Source: Bryobacterales bacterium (GTDB lineage Bacteria > Acidobacteriota > Terriglobia > Bryobacterales > UBA6623). From it: 64,000 nt of DNA. The notes under the pieces were generated by a model, which had not been told where the DNA came from, made no database searches, and saw nothing but the letters and a program-made list of their open reading frames with translations. The stretch's first letter is position 1. Each line of letters opens with the position of its first letter. Made by a program: the position numbers and the translations under genes. The stretch is taken from contig OY729427.2 in assembly GCA_963422375.2 (NCBI GenBank), positions 736,001 through 800,000 on the forward strand. The letters are read 5' to 3'. Shown here piece by piece: positions 11,849 through 22,245 of this stretch.

Positions 11849-13963
11849 GTGGAAATGCGGGATGTTCCGAGGCCATTAGCAGGCAGTCGCCTGCTGCTCG
11901 CGGCGGTGCTAGGCGCGGCTCCCGCACTCTCGACGGACGAGGACTTCAGCTGGGAAGCACCGGACGGCTCGTTTCCAGATCACTCGGGCTGCGCCTACGT
12001 CGGGACTGCGAGCGGCCTCGGGCCGTCGTTCTCGGCCGTCAGGGACTTCGCCGCTTCCAAGAAACGCACGGAGGACACGCTGGCGGCTCTCTCCATCATG
12101 CCGGAGCCCCGCCGGGGCGGGGTCTTCGCCGACAGCCTGCAGCTGCCGTCCGGTGACGGCGGGCCGTGCGGGGGTATCGACGATTGCATCCGGAAGACAG
12201 CTGACCTCGCGGGGGTCCCGCTTACCTACCTCACGACGGACGCCGAATTCCTCCGCCGGGCGCGACTGGACCTGACGGGTCGCATCCCGCGACGCGCCGA
12301 GGTCGAGGCGTTCGTCGCGGACACCTCCGCCGACAAGCGCGAGCGGCTCGTGGAGGACTTGCTGCAGACACCGGAGTGGGCCGACCGCTGGGCCATGTTC
12401 TTCGGCGACCTGTTCCGGAACACCATCGTCACGCCACAGGTCAATCGCTACCAAGCAAGCCGCGATTCGTTCCATCTCTACCTGCTGGAGTCGCTGCAGG
12501 CGAACAAGCCCTACGACCGGATGGCCCGCGAGATGCTGGCAGCGCAAGGAACGAGCGACGGTCGCACCTATCCGAGGCGCTACACGAGCTACCAGCATTT
12601 CCAGTCCACTTACGGCGACTACGCGGGGAACCCTGTCACGGCATCGGCGGTCGCCTACGCCGTCGGCGCCCGCACCATCGGAGGGCCCATCCAAGACACC
12701 TACGACACACTGGCCTTCGTCACGGCCCGCGACTTCCTAGGCATCTCGGCGATGGACTGCGTGCTCTGCCACGACGGCAAGGGCCACTTGGAAGCGCTGA
12801 GCGTGTGGGGCACCGGCGCTAAGCGTCTCGAGGGATGGGGCCTAGCCGCATTCTTCTCGGACATTCCCAGGTACCAAGCATGGCGCGTGCCCAACCGGAC
12901 GCTGCCGAAGGATCCGCGCAGCAACAGAACAGTCAGGGCGAATTACTACCGCGTCCAAGATTTGCGCCAAGGGTGGCTGACCTCGACGGACGCAGGCGAC
13001 ACGGCCGGCATGTACCTTGCCCAGACCGCCGGCGGGAACCGGCCCGACCGACTCCATCAGCAGCGAGAGGTGCTGCCGGAATATCCGTTCGAAGGGAACG
13101 CGGTCGTCAATCCGAGCCTGCGGCTGAGGGAGCAGGTCGGGCTGCATCTGACGGCCGACCCGCAGTTCGCCCGGGCGGCGGTGAATTACATCTGGAGGCA
13201 GTTCTTCTCGCGCGGAATCGTCGAGCCGCCGGACCAGTTCGACCTGGCGCGACTGGATCCCGGGTCCCCGCCCCCCGAGGGGTGGGACCTCCAGCCCTCG
13301 CACCCGCATCTGCTGGAATGGCTGGCCAAAGGCTTCCGGGCCAGCGGATTCGACCTCAAGTGGCTCATGCGCGAGATTGCCACGTCGCAGGCCTACCAGC
13401 TCTCGTCGCGGTACGAGGGCGTGTTCAACCCCCTCTACGACAGGTATTTCGTGCGCCACCAAGTGAAGCGCCTCACGGCGGAGCAAGTCCACGACGCCAT
13501 CGCGGTGGCGAGCGGGCGGCCCGCGTACTACCGGATCTCGCGCAACTTGGACGCCATGCAGTACGCGATGCAGTTTCCGGACGTCGAGAACGTGCCGCCC
13601 GGCAACCGGCTGGCAAGCCGCAACGTGCGCGCGCTGCTGCAGGCCTTCACGCCAGGCGACCGCGACCAGACGCAGCGCAGCGGCGGCGGGAGCCCGCTGC
13701 AGGCGCTGCACCTGATGAACAACCCGTTCGTGGTCTACAGGGTCGATCCGGACACCGCGCCCGCCGGGACGCTGGCCGCTTCTCTGGAGATGCCAGACGA
13801 CGCGCTCGTAGCCAGTCTCTACCTGCACGCCCTCAGCCGCTATCCCACGGAGGAGGAGCTCGCCTACGGGGTGGGGCGCCTCGGACGGGGCGACCGGGCC
13901 GAGCAAGCAAGCGATCTGATGTGGTCGCTGTTCAACAAGACAGACTTCTATTTCAACTACTGA
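11849..13963 (+). CDS. PSD1 / DUF1549-DUF1553 domain protein with CxxCH
   Basis: Signal peptide; DAEFLRRARLDLTGRIP; NKPYD; DCVLCHD; FARAAVN.IW..FF.RGIVEP; PSHPHLL; QALHLMN. Confidence 0.88.
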   Translation: MEMRDVPRPLAGSRLLLAAVLGAAPALSTDEDFSWEAPDGSFPDHSGCAYVGTASGLGPSFSAVRDFAASKKRTEDTLAALSIMPEPRRGGVFADSLQLPSGDGGPCGGIDDCIRKTADLAGVPLTYLTTDAEFLRRARLDLTGRIPRRAEVEAFVADTSADKRERLVEDLLQTPEWADRWAMFFGDLFRNTIVTPQVNRYQASRDSFHLYLLESLQANKPYDRMAREMLAAQGTSDGRTYPRRYTSYQHFQSTYGDYAGNPVTASAVAYAVGARTIGGPIQDTYDTLAFVTARDFLGISAMDCVLCHDGKGHLEALSVWGTGAKRLEGWGLAAFFSDIPRYQAWRVPNRTLPKDPRSNRTVRANYYRVQDLRQGWLTSTDAGDTAGMYLAQTAGGNRPDRLHQQREVLPEYPFEGNAVVNPSLRLREQVGLHLTADPQFARAAVNYIWRQFFSRGIVEPPDQFDLARLDPGSPPPEGWDLQPSHPHLLEWLAKGFRASGFDLKWLMREIATSQAYQLSSRYEGVFNPLYDRYFVRHQVKRLTAEQVHDAIAVASGRPAYYRISRNLDAMQYAMQFPDVENVPPGNRLASRNVRALLQAFTPGDRDQTQRSGGGSPLQALHLMNNPFVVYRVDPDTAPAGTLAASLEMPDDALVASLYLHALSRYPTEEELAYGVGRLGRGDRAEQASDLMWSLFNKTDFYFNY

Positions 13964-13979
13964 GCGAGAGCGAACGTCG

Positions 13980-15398
13980 ATGTCCGAGCGGGAGAGATTC
14001 GAACGGCTCGTCAGGAGGCGCCAGCCGGAGCACCGCTGGTTCTTCGAGCGGCAGCACCGGTCCAGGCGGTGCTTCTTCCGCCACGCCCTGACCGGTCTCG
14101 GTGGCTACTTCCTCGCCGGGCCCATGGCGCAAGGCGAGACCGAGTCCGCAGGGGACGCGACGCCGAAGAGCACGGCCAGCAGCGTGATCTTCCTCTTCCT
14201 GCGCGGCGCGCCGAGCCACGTGGACACGTTCGACTTCAAGAACGTGCCTGGGGTCACGCCCAAGGAGTTCGCGCCGGAAACCTTCGGCGGAGTCACGCTC
14301 CCGACGGCGCTGCTCGGCAACACCGCGCGCGTGCTCGACAGGATCGCGATCGTCCGCTCGGGCCTCGCGTGGGCCCGGGCGCACCCGCTGGCCCAGGCCT
14401 GGCTCCAGATCGGGCGCAACCCGACCTCGCCGGTGGGGCGGATCGCCCCGCACATCGGAAGCGTGGTCGCCATCGAGAAGGAGCCAGACAGGCGTCCCGA
14501 CCAGGCCTTCCCCCCATTCATCTCGCTGCTCGCACGCAACATTTCCGGGGCGGGCTACTTCCCGACGGAATTCGGCCCGTTCAGGACGAATCCCGCGGCG
14601 GAGGGCCTAGCAAGCGCCATTCACAAGCCGGGCCCGGAGAGGTTCGAGAACCGCTGGCAGATGCTGCAGGAGATCGACACCGAGCTGCGGGGCCCGGACT
14701 CGCCGCTCGGAGCACAGGCGACCGGGATGGGCACTCTCTACGAGGGGGCGCGGCGGCTGATGTTCAACCCCGCCATCGACGCGGCCTTCCGATTCACGCC
14801 CGAGGAGAGCCAGCGGTACGGCGGCACGGGATTCGGCAACGCGGTGCTGACCGCGCGAAAGATCGTGGAGCAGGACCAAGGCACGCGGTTCATCCAGGTC
14901 GAGTCGCAAGGATGGGACCATCACGGCCAGATCTACCAGAGGGCCACCAATCGCAACATTTTCAAGCAGACAAGGGAGTTCGACCCCGCGTTCGCCGCCC
15001 TGATCGAGGACCTGGACGCGTCCGGCAAGCTCTCCGAGACGCTCGTCGTCGTGTGCGGGGAGTTCGGCCGCACGCCCGGCCGGCTGTCCCAGTCGCGCAA
15101 CGGGCGCGACCACTACCTGCAGATGTTCTACGTGCTCGCCGGCGGAGGCGTGCAAGGAGGCAGGGTCATCGGCGCGACGAACGACAAGGGCGGTCGCGGC
15201 CCCGGCGCGTACACTACGGAGCCCGGCTGGTATCGCGACCGTGACATCCGCCCGGAAGACATCGAGGCCACGATCTATTCGGCTATGGGCATCGACTGGA
15301 CCAAGGTGCGGTACGACGACCCGTTCGGCCGCGGCTTCTACTACATTCCGGTTGCGGACGAGGACGCCTACGCCCCGGTGGACGAGCTGTTCGCCTGA
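13980..15398 (+). CDS. DUF1501 family protein
   Basis: SRRCFF Tat-like motif; FLFLRGAPSHVDTFD; GWDHH; GEFGRTP; GRDH; GGRVIGAT. Starts 16 bp after the PSD1 gene. Confidence 0.9.
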   Translation: MSERERFERLVRRRQPEHRWFFERQHRSRRCFFRHALTGLGGYFLAGPMAQGETESAGDATPKSTASSVIFLFLRGAPSHVDTFDFKNVPGVTPKEFAPETFGGVTLPTALLGNTARVLDRIAIVRSGLAWARAHPLAQAWLQIGRNPTSPVGRIAPHIGSVVAIEKEPDRRPDQAFPPFISLLARNISGAGYFPTEFGPFRTNPAAEGLASAIHKPGPERFENRWQMLQEIDTELRGPDSPLGAQATGMGTLYEGARRLMFNPAIDAAFRFTPEESQRYGGTGFGNAVLTARKIVEQDQGTRFIQVESQGWDHHGQIYQRATNRNIFKQTREFDPAFAALIEDLDASGKLSETLVVVCGEFGRTPGRLSQSRNGRDHYLQMFYVLAGGGVQGGRVIGATNDKGGRGPGAYTTEPGWYRDRDIRPEDIEATIYSAMGIDWTKVRYDDPFGRGFYYIPVADEDAYAPVDELFA

Positions 15399-15662
15399 AG
15401 CCCGGCACCGCAAGCCCGCGGACACGGCCCCGTCGGCGGGTCCCTCGGGCAGGAAGTCCATGGCGGCGCCGGACCGCCAAGGCGCAGACGAGACCTAGGT
15501 GCCGGCAACCCGACTTGGGAACGGCGGCGTTAAGGTCCGAACGGGCGGTCGGGGCATGCATTCGTGCGACCTGCCGGTGCGGACGAGCTGCCCGCCAAGC
15601 AGCCGAATCCCGGGGAGGGTGGCCGGACGCCTTTGGCGCTCGGCTCGCAAACCCCGTCCGCG

Positions 15663-16664
15663 TCAGCTCACCCGCGCCGCCACCCAATGCACGGCGGCGT
15701 CCTCGAGAGCCCGCTTGTGCTTCGAATCGGGCAGCGCTTCCAAGCCTTCCAACGCCGACTCGCAAAAGCGCTCGGCGCGACGGCGCACCTCCCCGATGGT
15801 CCCGTAACGGTCCAAGATCTCAAGCACGCGACGGAGCGGCACGGTCTGGTAGCCCCTGTCACGGACTACCGTCTCGACCTCCCGCCGCTCGGCCCGGGTG
15901 CAGGAGCGCAGCGCAAGGATCATTGGCAGCGTCACCTTGCCCTCCCTGAGGTCGTTGCCCACCGGCTTGCCGAGCACGGCCTCGCTGGCCTCGAAATCCA
16001 GCACGTCGTCGACCAGCTGGAAGGCCATCCCCAAGTTCCAGCCGTACGCGCGCAGGCGCTCCTCGGACTGCTCGCCCTTGCGGGCGAGCAGCGCGCCCAG
16101 GCGCGTGCAAGCCGACAGCAGGCAGGCCGTCTTGCGGTGAATCAGGTCGTGGTTCTGGCGCTCGGTGATGTCGAGGCGCCCGATCAGGTCGGCCTGCATC
16201 AGCTCGCCCTCGACCATCATCTTGGTCATGTCGATCAGGATGTCGAGGATCGCGAAGTCCCGTTCGCGCAGGGCGATGTTGAACGCCTGCATATAGAGCC
16301 AGTCGCCAGCCAGGACGCTGACCTGGTTGCCCCAAGTGGAGCTCGTCGAAGGGCGGCCGCGGCGCACCTGGGCCCCGTCGATGACGTCGTCATGCACCAG
16401 CGTCGCGGCGTGGATGATCTCCATCACCGCCGCCAGGCGGATCGGGGCGTCCCCGGCCGCTCCGCAGGCACGCGAGGAAAGCAGCACGAGCGCAGGACGC
16501 AGGCGCTTGCCGCCGCTCGAGTTCAGGTGCCGGCTGATGGACGTCACCACGTCCTCGCAGCACACCGTGTCCAGCGCGATCACCTGCTCGACCCGGCGCA
16601 GGTCGGCGGCTACCAAGGAGTGCAATTCCGCCTTGGACAGCGGAGCGGGCCTTGCCGTCAACAT
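15663..16664 (-). CDS. Polyprenyl diphosphate synthase (IspB-like)
   Basis: GGKRLRP; LVHDDVID..RRG; KTA; FQLVDDVLD; GKP.GNDLREGKVTLP. Alternative start at 16685. Confidence 0.92.
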   Translation of the reverse strand: MLTARPAPLSKAELHSLVAADLRRVEQVIALDTVCCEDVVTSISRHLNSSGGKRLRPALVLLSSRACGAAGDAPIRLAAVMEIIHAATLVHDDVIDGAQVRRGRPSTSSTWGNQVSVLAGDWLYMQAFNIALRERDFAILDILIDMTKMMVEGELMQADLIGRLDITERQNHDLIHRKTACLLSACTRLGALLARKGEQSEERLRAYGWNLGMAFQLVDDVLDFEASEAVLGKPVGNDLREGKVTLPMILALRSCTRAERREVETVVRDRGYQTVPLRRVLEILDRYGTIGEVRRRAERFCESALEGLEALPDSKHKRALEDAAVHWVAARVS

Positions 16665-16727
16665 GGGGGAGCACTGCCGGTTCATCCAGTCTATCGACTC
16701 CGGACCTGCCGCACCGACCGACGCTCG

Positions 16728-18002
16728 CTACGCGGCCGCATCGACGGCCAACGGGCTGGCGATCTGGCCGCGCGAGTCGAACTCGACGCGAGCCGCCGGC
16801 CCGACGGCTGCGACCCGCGGATCGGAGACGGCCTCGTCCAGCAAGCTCTCGCTGACTCGCATGCGCCCGAGTTCCATCGTATTGCGGATCCAGACGACGG
16901 TGCATTCGGCGAGGCTGGCCCGGCCGCAGGTCGCCAGAATCCTCTCGAGGCACTCGCGATCAGTCGGGAAGTGCGGCGGGCACATACAGCCGATCGTGCT
17001 CGACGCGGTGAACGAGTTGATCCAGGTCTTGTCGAAGTCCACCGCGTCGTACAGGCGGTCGTGGATCACGTCGCACAGACCGATCCCGACCGCATTCCCG
17101 CCCCCGTGCGGAGTGAGGCTGCGCGCGTAGATCCGCTCGATCCGGGGCAGGCCCGGCCAGCAGCTGCGCCCCATCCAAGACCGGTTGATGACCTTGGTAT
17201 CCATACCCGAGCCCGAGATGTTCTTGCCGATCTCGTCGACCACGAGCAGGTCGAAGGCGGCGACCGGCAGGTTCGCCTTCCAGCCCTTCACGCGCTCGAG
17301 CAGCGCCTCCTCGCGGCCCGCCATGCCCGCCGCCCCGATCGCGTGAACCTCCGCGGTGCGGTGGTTCGCGTCCTCGAGGATGGCCAGCCCGCCCAGCATC
17401 CGCCCGCTGTCGAGCATCACGCGCCCCACTTCCCGGATCACCCGCTCCAGGCCCAGCCGCACGGCCCACATGTGATAGCGCCTGGCTCCCTCCCACTTGC
17501 CGAGCCCGATGGCCATCATCTTGTGAACGCCGCTCTCGAGGCGCCCCTCGAAGCCCGTGTGCCACTTGACGCGGCTGCACAGCATGACCCCGTCCGCCTC
17601 CCAAGCCGCCCTGTCCATCGAAACCGCGATGCCCTGCGGCGTCTCGCCGATCCGGGCCGCTTCGAGCGAGCTGACCACGGGCGCGCCCATCAGCGCCTCG
17701 GTGATGCCGTAGTGCGCCAGCACCTCGCGCTGGCCCTGGGCGGTGCCCCCGCCGTGGCTACCCATGACCGGAATGATGAACGGCTCGACGCCGCGCTCGC
17801 GCCAAGCATCGACAACGCCGCGAACGATCCGGCCGATATTGGCGATGCCGCGGCTGCCGACGCCGACCGCGACGCGGCTCCCAGCCGGGACCCTCGCCAC
17901 CCAGTCCGCCGAAGCCATCTCCTCGCGGACCGCCCGGTACACGTCCGGGAGGGAGCGGTCGGGAAAGTCCTGGCGGATCTCGACCATGCGGGGAAGTGCC
18001 AT
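16728..18002 (-). CDS. LarA-like (DUF2088/DUF362-type) domain protein
   Basis: VGSRGIANI; PVMGSHGGGTAQGQ; HT.F.G..ESG..KMMAIGLGK; GKNISGSGMD; GNAVGIG. Confidence 0.75.
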   Translation of the reverse strand: MALPRMVEIRQDFPDRSLPDVYRAVREEMASADWVARVPAGSRVAVGVGSRGIANIGRIVRGVVDAWRERGVEPFIIPVMGSHGGGTAQGQREVLAHYGITEALMGAPVVSSLEAARIGETPQGIAVSMDRAAWEADGVMLCSRVKWHTGFEGRLESGVHKMMAIGLGKWEGARRYHMWAVRLGLERVIREVGRVMLDSGRMLGGLAILEDANHRTAEVHAIGAAGMAGREEALLERVKGWKANLPVAAFDLLVVDEIGKNISGSGMDTKVINRSWMGRSCWPGLPRIERIYARSLTPHGGGNAVGIGLCDVIHDRLYDAVDFDKTWINSFTASSTIGCMCPPHFPTDRECLERILATCGRASLAECTVVWIRNTMELGRMRVSESLLDEAVSDPRVAAVGPAARVEFDSRGQIASPLAVDAAA

Positions 18003-18035
18003 GCCGCAGAATTATAGCGACGCCGTCCGGCGATA

Positions 18036-19124
18036 ATGCAGGCGGTGCTCAGCCGCCCGGGACTCGACGACCTGACGAGGAGGCGCGCGATCGGCTTGGC
18101 GGCCGTTCTCGCGGGAGCGAGCGCGGGGGGCTCGGGAGTGAGGCAATTGAACGAAACCATCACGGCCGTGCCCGGCATCCGGGTGGGCCACTGGACCCAC
18201 GGATCCGGCTCCACCGGATGCACCGCCGTTCTCATCGGCGGCGGTGCCGTCGCGGGGGTCGACGTCCGCGGAGGCGCCCCGGGGACACGCGAGACGGACC
18301 TGCTGCGGCCGGAAGCCAGCGTCGATGTCGTCCATGCGGTCATGCTGTCGGGAGGCAGCGCGTACGGCCTGTCCGCCGCCGGCGGCGCGATGCGCTTCCT
18401 CGAGCGCCTGGGCATCGGTTTCCGGGCGGGCAAGTCGGTCGTGCCGATCGTCCCGGCTGCGATTCTGTTCGACTTAGGGGTTGGCGACCCGGCAGTGCGG
18501 CCGGACGAAGGTGCGGGCTTCCTCGCGGCCGAGGCCGCGTCGGACGCTCCCGTGGCGATGGGCACAGTGGGCGCTGGTGCCGGAGCGACCGTCGGCAAGC
18601 TCTTCGGACCGGAGCGCGCGACGAGAGGCGGCCTGGGATCGGCGGCCGTGGCGGCGCCCGACGGTATCGTGATCGGCGCGCTGGCGGCGGTCAACGCCCT
18701 CGGCGACGTGGTCGACCCGGAAACCCGGAGAATCGTGGCGGGAGCGCGCAACGAGGCAGGCGACGGCTTCGCCGACACGATGGCGGCACTCCGCGCGGGA
18801 ATGCCGGGCGGCGCACGGGGAGCGGCCGAGAACACCACCCTGGGCGTCGTCGCGGCGAACGTCAGCTGGACCAAGGCGGGAGCCGCGAAAGTCGCCCAAA
18901 TGGCCCACGACGGCCTAGCAATGGCGATCCGCCCGGCGCACATGCCGTTCGACGGGGACACCGTATTCGCCCTCGGCACGGGAGGGCGGAGCGCCGACAG
19001 CCGCCTCCTGGGGACCGTGGGCGCGCTAGCTGCCGAGGCACTCGCGCGCGCGGTGGTCGCGGGCGTTCGAGCGGCCGCGCGCGGCTTCGGAATCCCCGCA
19101 GCCTCAGACCTCGCCTCGCGCTAG
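18036..19124 (+). CDS. P1/S58 (DmpA-like) peptidase
   Basis: [53 protein letters not shown]. Confidence 0.88.
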   Translation: MQAVLSRPGLDDLTRRRAIGLAAVLAGASAGGSGVRQLNETITAVPGIRVGHWTHGSGSTGCTAVLIGGGAVAGVDVRGGAPGTRETDLLRPEASVDVVHAVMLSGGSAYGLSAAGGAMRFLERLGIGFRAGKSVVPIVPAAILFDLGVGDPAVRPDEGAGFLAAEAASDAPVAMGTVGAGAGATVGKLFGPERATRGGLGSAAVAAPDGIVIGALAAVNALGDVVDPETRRIVAGARNEAGDGFADTMAALRAGMPGGARGAAENTTLGVVAANVSWTKAGAAKVAQMAHDGLAMAIRPAHMPFDGDTVFALGTGGRSADSRLLGTVGALAAEALARAVVAGVRAAARGFGIPAASDLASR

Positions 19125-19179
19125 GATCCCGGCCGACGGGGCGGATCCGCCGGGCTGCTCTGCTACAATCCTGCCAAGC

Positions 19180-20538
19180 ATGTCCATGCGAGACCTCATG
19201 CCTGTCAGCCGTCGCAATTTTATCCAAGGCGCCGCGGCGGTAGCCGCCGCGATGCCCGCGCAGGGGCAGGACGCGGCGTCCAGGCGCCGCGTGCCGGGCG
19301 CGAACGACCGCATCAACGTAGCCCAGATCGGCGTCGGCGGTCGCGGCGGCAGCCTGCAGCGGCTGATGCTGTCCATGATCGAAGGCGGCCAGAACTTCAA
19401 GATCACCGCCGTTTGCGACGTCTACGAGAAGCGCAAGCGACTGGCTCAGGAGAATAGCAAGGCAGAATTCGCGACGCTGGACTACCGCGAGGTCCTGGCG
19501 AGACCGGACGTGGACGCGGTAGTCATAGCCACACCTGATCACTGGCACGGCACCATGGCGATCGCGGCGATCGCGGCCGGCAAAGACGTGTACCTCGAGA
19601 AGCCAATGACCCACACGATCGAGGAAGCCAAGGCCGTGGCACGGAGCGTCCGCGAGTCGGGGGCCGTCCTGCAGGTTGGGTCCCAGACGACGTCCGCCGA
19701 CCAGTGGTGGAAGGCGCGCAAGGCCATCGAGGACGGCATGATCGGCACGCTGATCTCGAGCCAGGGGTCGTATCACCGCAACTCGCGACGCGGCGAGTGG
19801 AACTGGACGCCCGAGCGCGGGCGCGGCTGGGTGATCGAGCCGGACGCCGGGCCGCATGGCCAAGGCGTGAACTACGTGGATTGGAACATGTGGCTCGGGC
19901 CCGCGCAGAAGCGGGAGTGGGACCCGCACCGGTTCTTCCGCTTCCGCAAGTACTGGGACTACTCGGGCGGCATCGCCACGGATCTCTTCTACCACGTGGT
20001 CTCGCCCCTGAACATCTGCTGGGGCCAGCCGCAGTTCCCGTACCGTGTCACGGCCACCGGCGGCAGGTACGTGTTCAACGCGCCCGGCGACCGCGAAGTG
20101 CCGGACACCTTCAACCTGCTGGCCGACTTCGCGAAGGGCCATTCCCTCGTGCTGAGCTCGACGATGGCAAACTCCCGTCACATCCCCGGGCTGATTCGCG
20201 GGCACGAGGGGACGATCGTGATGGTGGAGCACGGGCGCTTCGAGGGGCGCACGGACTACATCACCGTGGAGTCCGAGGGCATCTACCGGCCCGACTTCGT
20301 CAGGAAGTACGGGACCGAGAACGTGCAGATCAAGGTGGAGGACCAAGGTCGGGACGCCCACATGAAGAACTTCCTCGAATGCATGCGCACGCGGGCGAAG
20401 CCGAATCTCGACGCGGACACCGCCTACCGGGCCCAAGTCACGATCTCGATGGGCGTGATGGCGCTGCGCCGGGGCAAGGTGCTGTACTTCGATCCCGATC
20501 TCGAGGAAGTCACCGAGAGCGCGCCGCACCTCGGCTGA
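19180..20538 (+). CDS. Gfo/Idh/MocA oxidoreductase with Tat signal
   Basis: [42 protein letters not shown] at 19161-19169. Confidence 0.92.
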   Translation: MSMRDLMPVSRRNFIQGAAAVAAAMPAQGQDAASRRRVPGANDRINVAQIGVGGRGGSLQRLMLSMIEGGQNFKITAVCDVYEKRKRLAQENSKAEFATLDYREVLARPDVDAVVIATPDHWHGTMAIAAIAAGKDVYLEKPMTHTIEEAKAVARSVRESGAVLQVGSQTTSADQWWKARKAIEDGMIGTLISSQGSYHRNSRRGEWNWTPERGRGWVIEPDAGPHGQGVNYVDWNMWLGPAQKREWDPHRFFRFRKYWDYSGGIATDLFYHVVSPLNICWGQPQFPYRVTATGGRYVFNAPGDREVPDTFNLLADFAKGHSLVLSSTMANSRHIPGLIRGHEGTIVMVEHGRFEGRTDYITVESEGIYRPDFVRKYGTENVQIKVEDQGRDAHMKNFLECMRTRAKPNLDADTAYRAQVTISMGVMALRRGKVLYFDPDLEEVTESAPHLG

Positions 20539-20540
20539 GC

Positions 20541-22130
20541 ATGAGGCGGGAAGGCGGGCGGAGCCGGCCGCTCGGCGCCCTTGCGGCGCTAGCCGTCGGA
20601 GTCGCCTGCGGGGGGCCGCCAACCGGAGAGCGCCCCCCGAGCATCCTGCTGATCCTGGCGGACGACCTCGGCTACGGGGACATCGGCGCTTACAACGACG
20701 AAGCGAGGGTCTCGACCGAGCACATCGACCGGCTGGCCGGCGCAGGCCTGCGGTTCACCGACGCCCACAGCCCGTCCACCGTCTGCACGCCGACCCGCTA
20801 CGGCATCCTCACCGGGCGGATGCCGTTCCGCACGGGCATGGCGGGGGTCTTCACGGGCGTGCAGGGCCCCTGCCTGATCGAGGAAGGACGGCTGACGCTG
20901 CCCCAGATGCTGCGCGAAGCGGGCTACGCCACGGCGCTGGTCGGGAAATGGCACCTCGGAATGACATTCCTCGACGCCGACGGCCGACCGGTCCACGAAG
21001 CCCGCCTGCCCTCCGAGACGCGGGAGCAGCGCATTGCTTCGGGCGTCGAGCGCGTGAAGCGGGTGGACTTCCGCAGGGAGATTCCCGACGGCCCGCTGGA
21101 CCGCGGTTTCGACACGTTCTACGGGACGGTGGCGTGCCCGACGACGGACTGGCTGTACGCCTGGATCGACGGCCGGAGCGTCCCGGTGCCTCCGACAGCC
21201 CTGCTGGATCGGAGCCCGCTGCCGAAGCATCCGTACGCCAACGACAACAGGCGGGGGATGATCGCGCCGGACTACGATCTGGAGCGGGTCGACCTGGTGT
21301 TCTTGGAGAGGAGCGTCGAGTTCCTCGAGCGGCATGCGGCGGAGTCCCCGGATCGGCCGTTTTTCCTGCTCCACTCGATGCAGGCGGTGCATCTGCCGTC
21401 ATTCGCGGCGCCGGAGTTCCAAGGCAGGAGCGGAGCGGGCCCCCACGGGGACTTCCTGCTCGAGACCGACTACATCGTGGGCGAACTGATGAGCGCTCTC
21501 GAACGGCTGGGTCTCGCCGAGGAGACGCTCGTGCTGTTCACCAGCGACAACGGGCCCGAAGTGACTACGACCTACCACATGCGAACTGACCACGGGCACG
21601 ACGGAGCGCGCCCGTGGAGAGGCGTCAAGCGGGACCAGTGGGAAGGCGGACACCGCGTGCCCGCGATCGCCCGCTGGCCGGGCCGCATACGGCCCGCCAC
21701 GGTCACGGACCAAACCTTCTGCCTCACGGATGTCATGGCGACGGCCGCGGCGCTCGCCGGCGCGGCGCTGCCGCACGACGCGGCGGAGGACAGCTTCGAC
21801 TTCTCGGCCCTGTTCAGGGGAGAGGCTCCGACCTCCCCCGTCCGGCCGTTCACCCTGCACCAGACCATTCGCTTGGAACTCTCGATCCGCCGCGGAGCGT
21901 GGAAGTACCTGGACCACGCCGGATCCGGCGGGAACGATTACACCCGGTCGGAACTAGTCGGCTACGCGCTGGACGACGGCGCGCCCGGCGCTCCCGCCCA
22001 GCTCTACAATCTCGCTGACGACCCGGGCGAGACGAAAAACCTCTACTTCGACGAGCCTGGACTTGCGGCGGACCTAAAGACGAGGCTGGACGAGCTGGTC
22101 CGAGCCGGCCGCAGCGCCCCGGCCCACTAG
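20541..22130 (+). CDS. Arylsulfatase-family sulfatase, probable lipoprotein
   Basis: ATG 2 bp after the previous stop; VAC lipobox-like; ILADDLGYGD; CTPTR..LTG formylglycine motif; GKWHLG; TSDNG; WEGGHRVP. Confidence 0.92.
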   Translation: MRREGGRSRPLGALAALAVGVACGGPPTGERPPSILLILADDLGYGDIGAYNDEARVSTEHIDRLAGAGLRFTDAHSPSTVCTPTRYGILTGRMPFRTGMAGVFTGVQGPCLIEEGRLTLPQMLREAGYATALVGKWHLGMTFLDADGRPVHEARLPSETREQRIASGVERVKRVDFRREIPDGPLDRGFDTFYGTVACPTTDWLYAWIDGRSVPVPPTALLDRSPLPKHPYANDNRRGMIAPDYDLERVDLVFLERSVEFLERHAAESPDRPFFLLHSMQAVHLPSFAAPEFQGRSGAGPHGDFLLETDYIVGELMSALERLGLAEETLVLFTSDNGPEVTTTYHMRTDHGHDGARPWRGVKRDQWEGGHRVPAIARWPGRIRPATVTDQTFCLTDVMATAAALAGAALPHDAAEDSFDFSALFRGEAPTSPVRPFTLHQTIRLELSIRRGAWKYLDHAGSGGNDYTRSELVGYALDDGAPGAPAQLYNLADDPGETKNLYFDEPGLAADLKTRLDELVRAGRSAPAH

Positions 22131-22133
22131 AAT

Positions 22134-22183
22134 GCCCGATCCTGTCGGGCCAAGGGCAGGCCGTGATGCTGTGCTCCTGCCCT
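22134..22183. terminator. Two GC hairpins just after the sulfatase stop
   Basis: gcccga/tcgggc (22134-22150) and agggcagg/cctgccct (22153-22183); no U-tract. Confidence 0.3.
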
Positions 22184-22245
22184 CGCCCGAGGCTTCGCGT
22201 CCGCTTCCGGCCGACGCCGCTTGATGTCCGCCCGGCTCGGAATGC

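Noticed and set aside
15564..18017. Long antisense or alternate-frame ORFs (also 3642-5288, 7858-9618, 22292-24631, 32312-34459, 36345-38705)
   Set aside because: R/A/G/P-rich shadows of real genes, expected at high GC; no motifs.
19704..20540. N-terminal extensions of ORF-track calls (sulfatase 19704, sulfatase 28345, XDH 58901, CoxM-like 60137, TBDR 38999, marR 42304)
   Set aside because: They overlap neighbouring genes or promoters; downstream starts fit homology and RBS.
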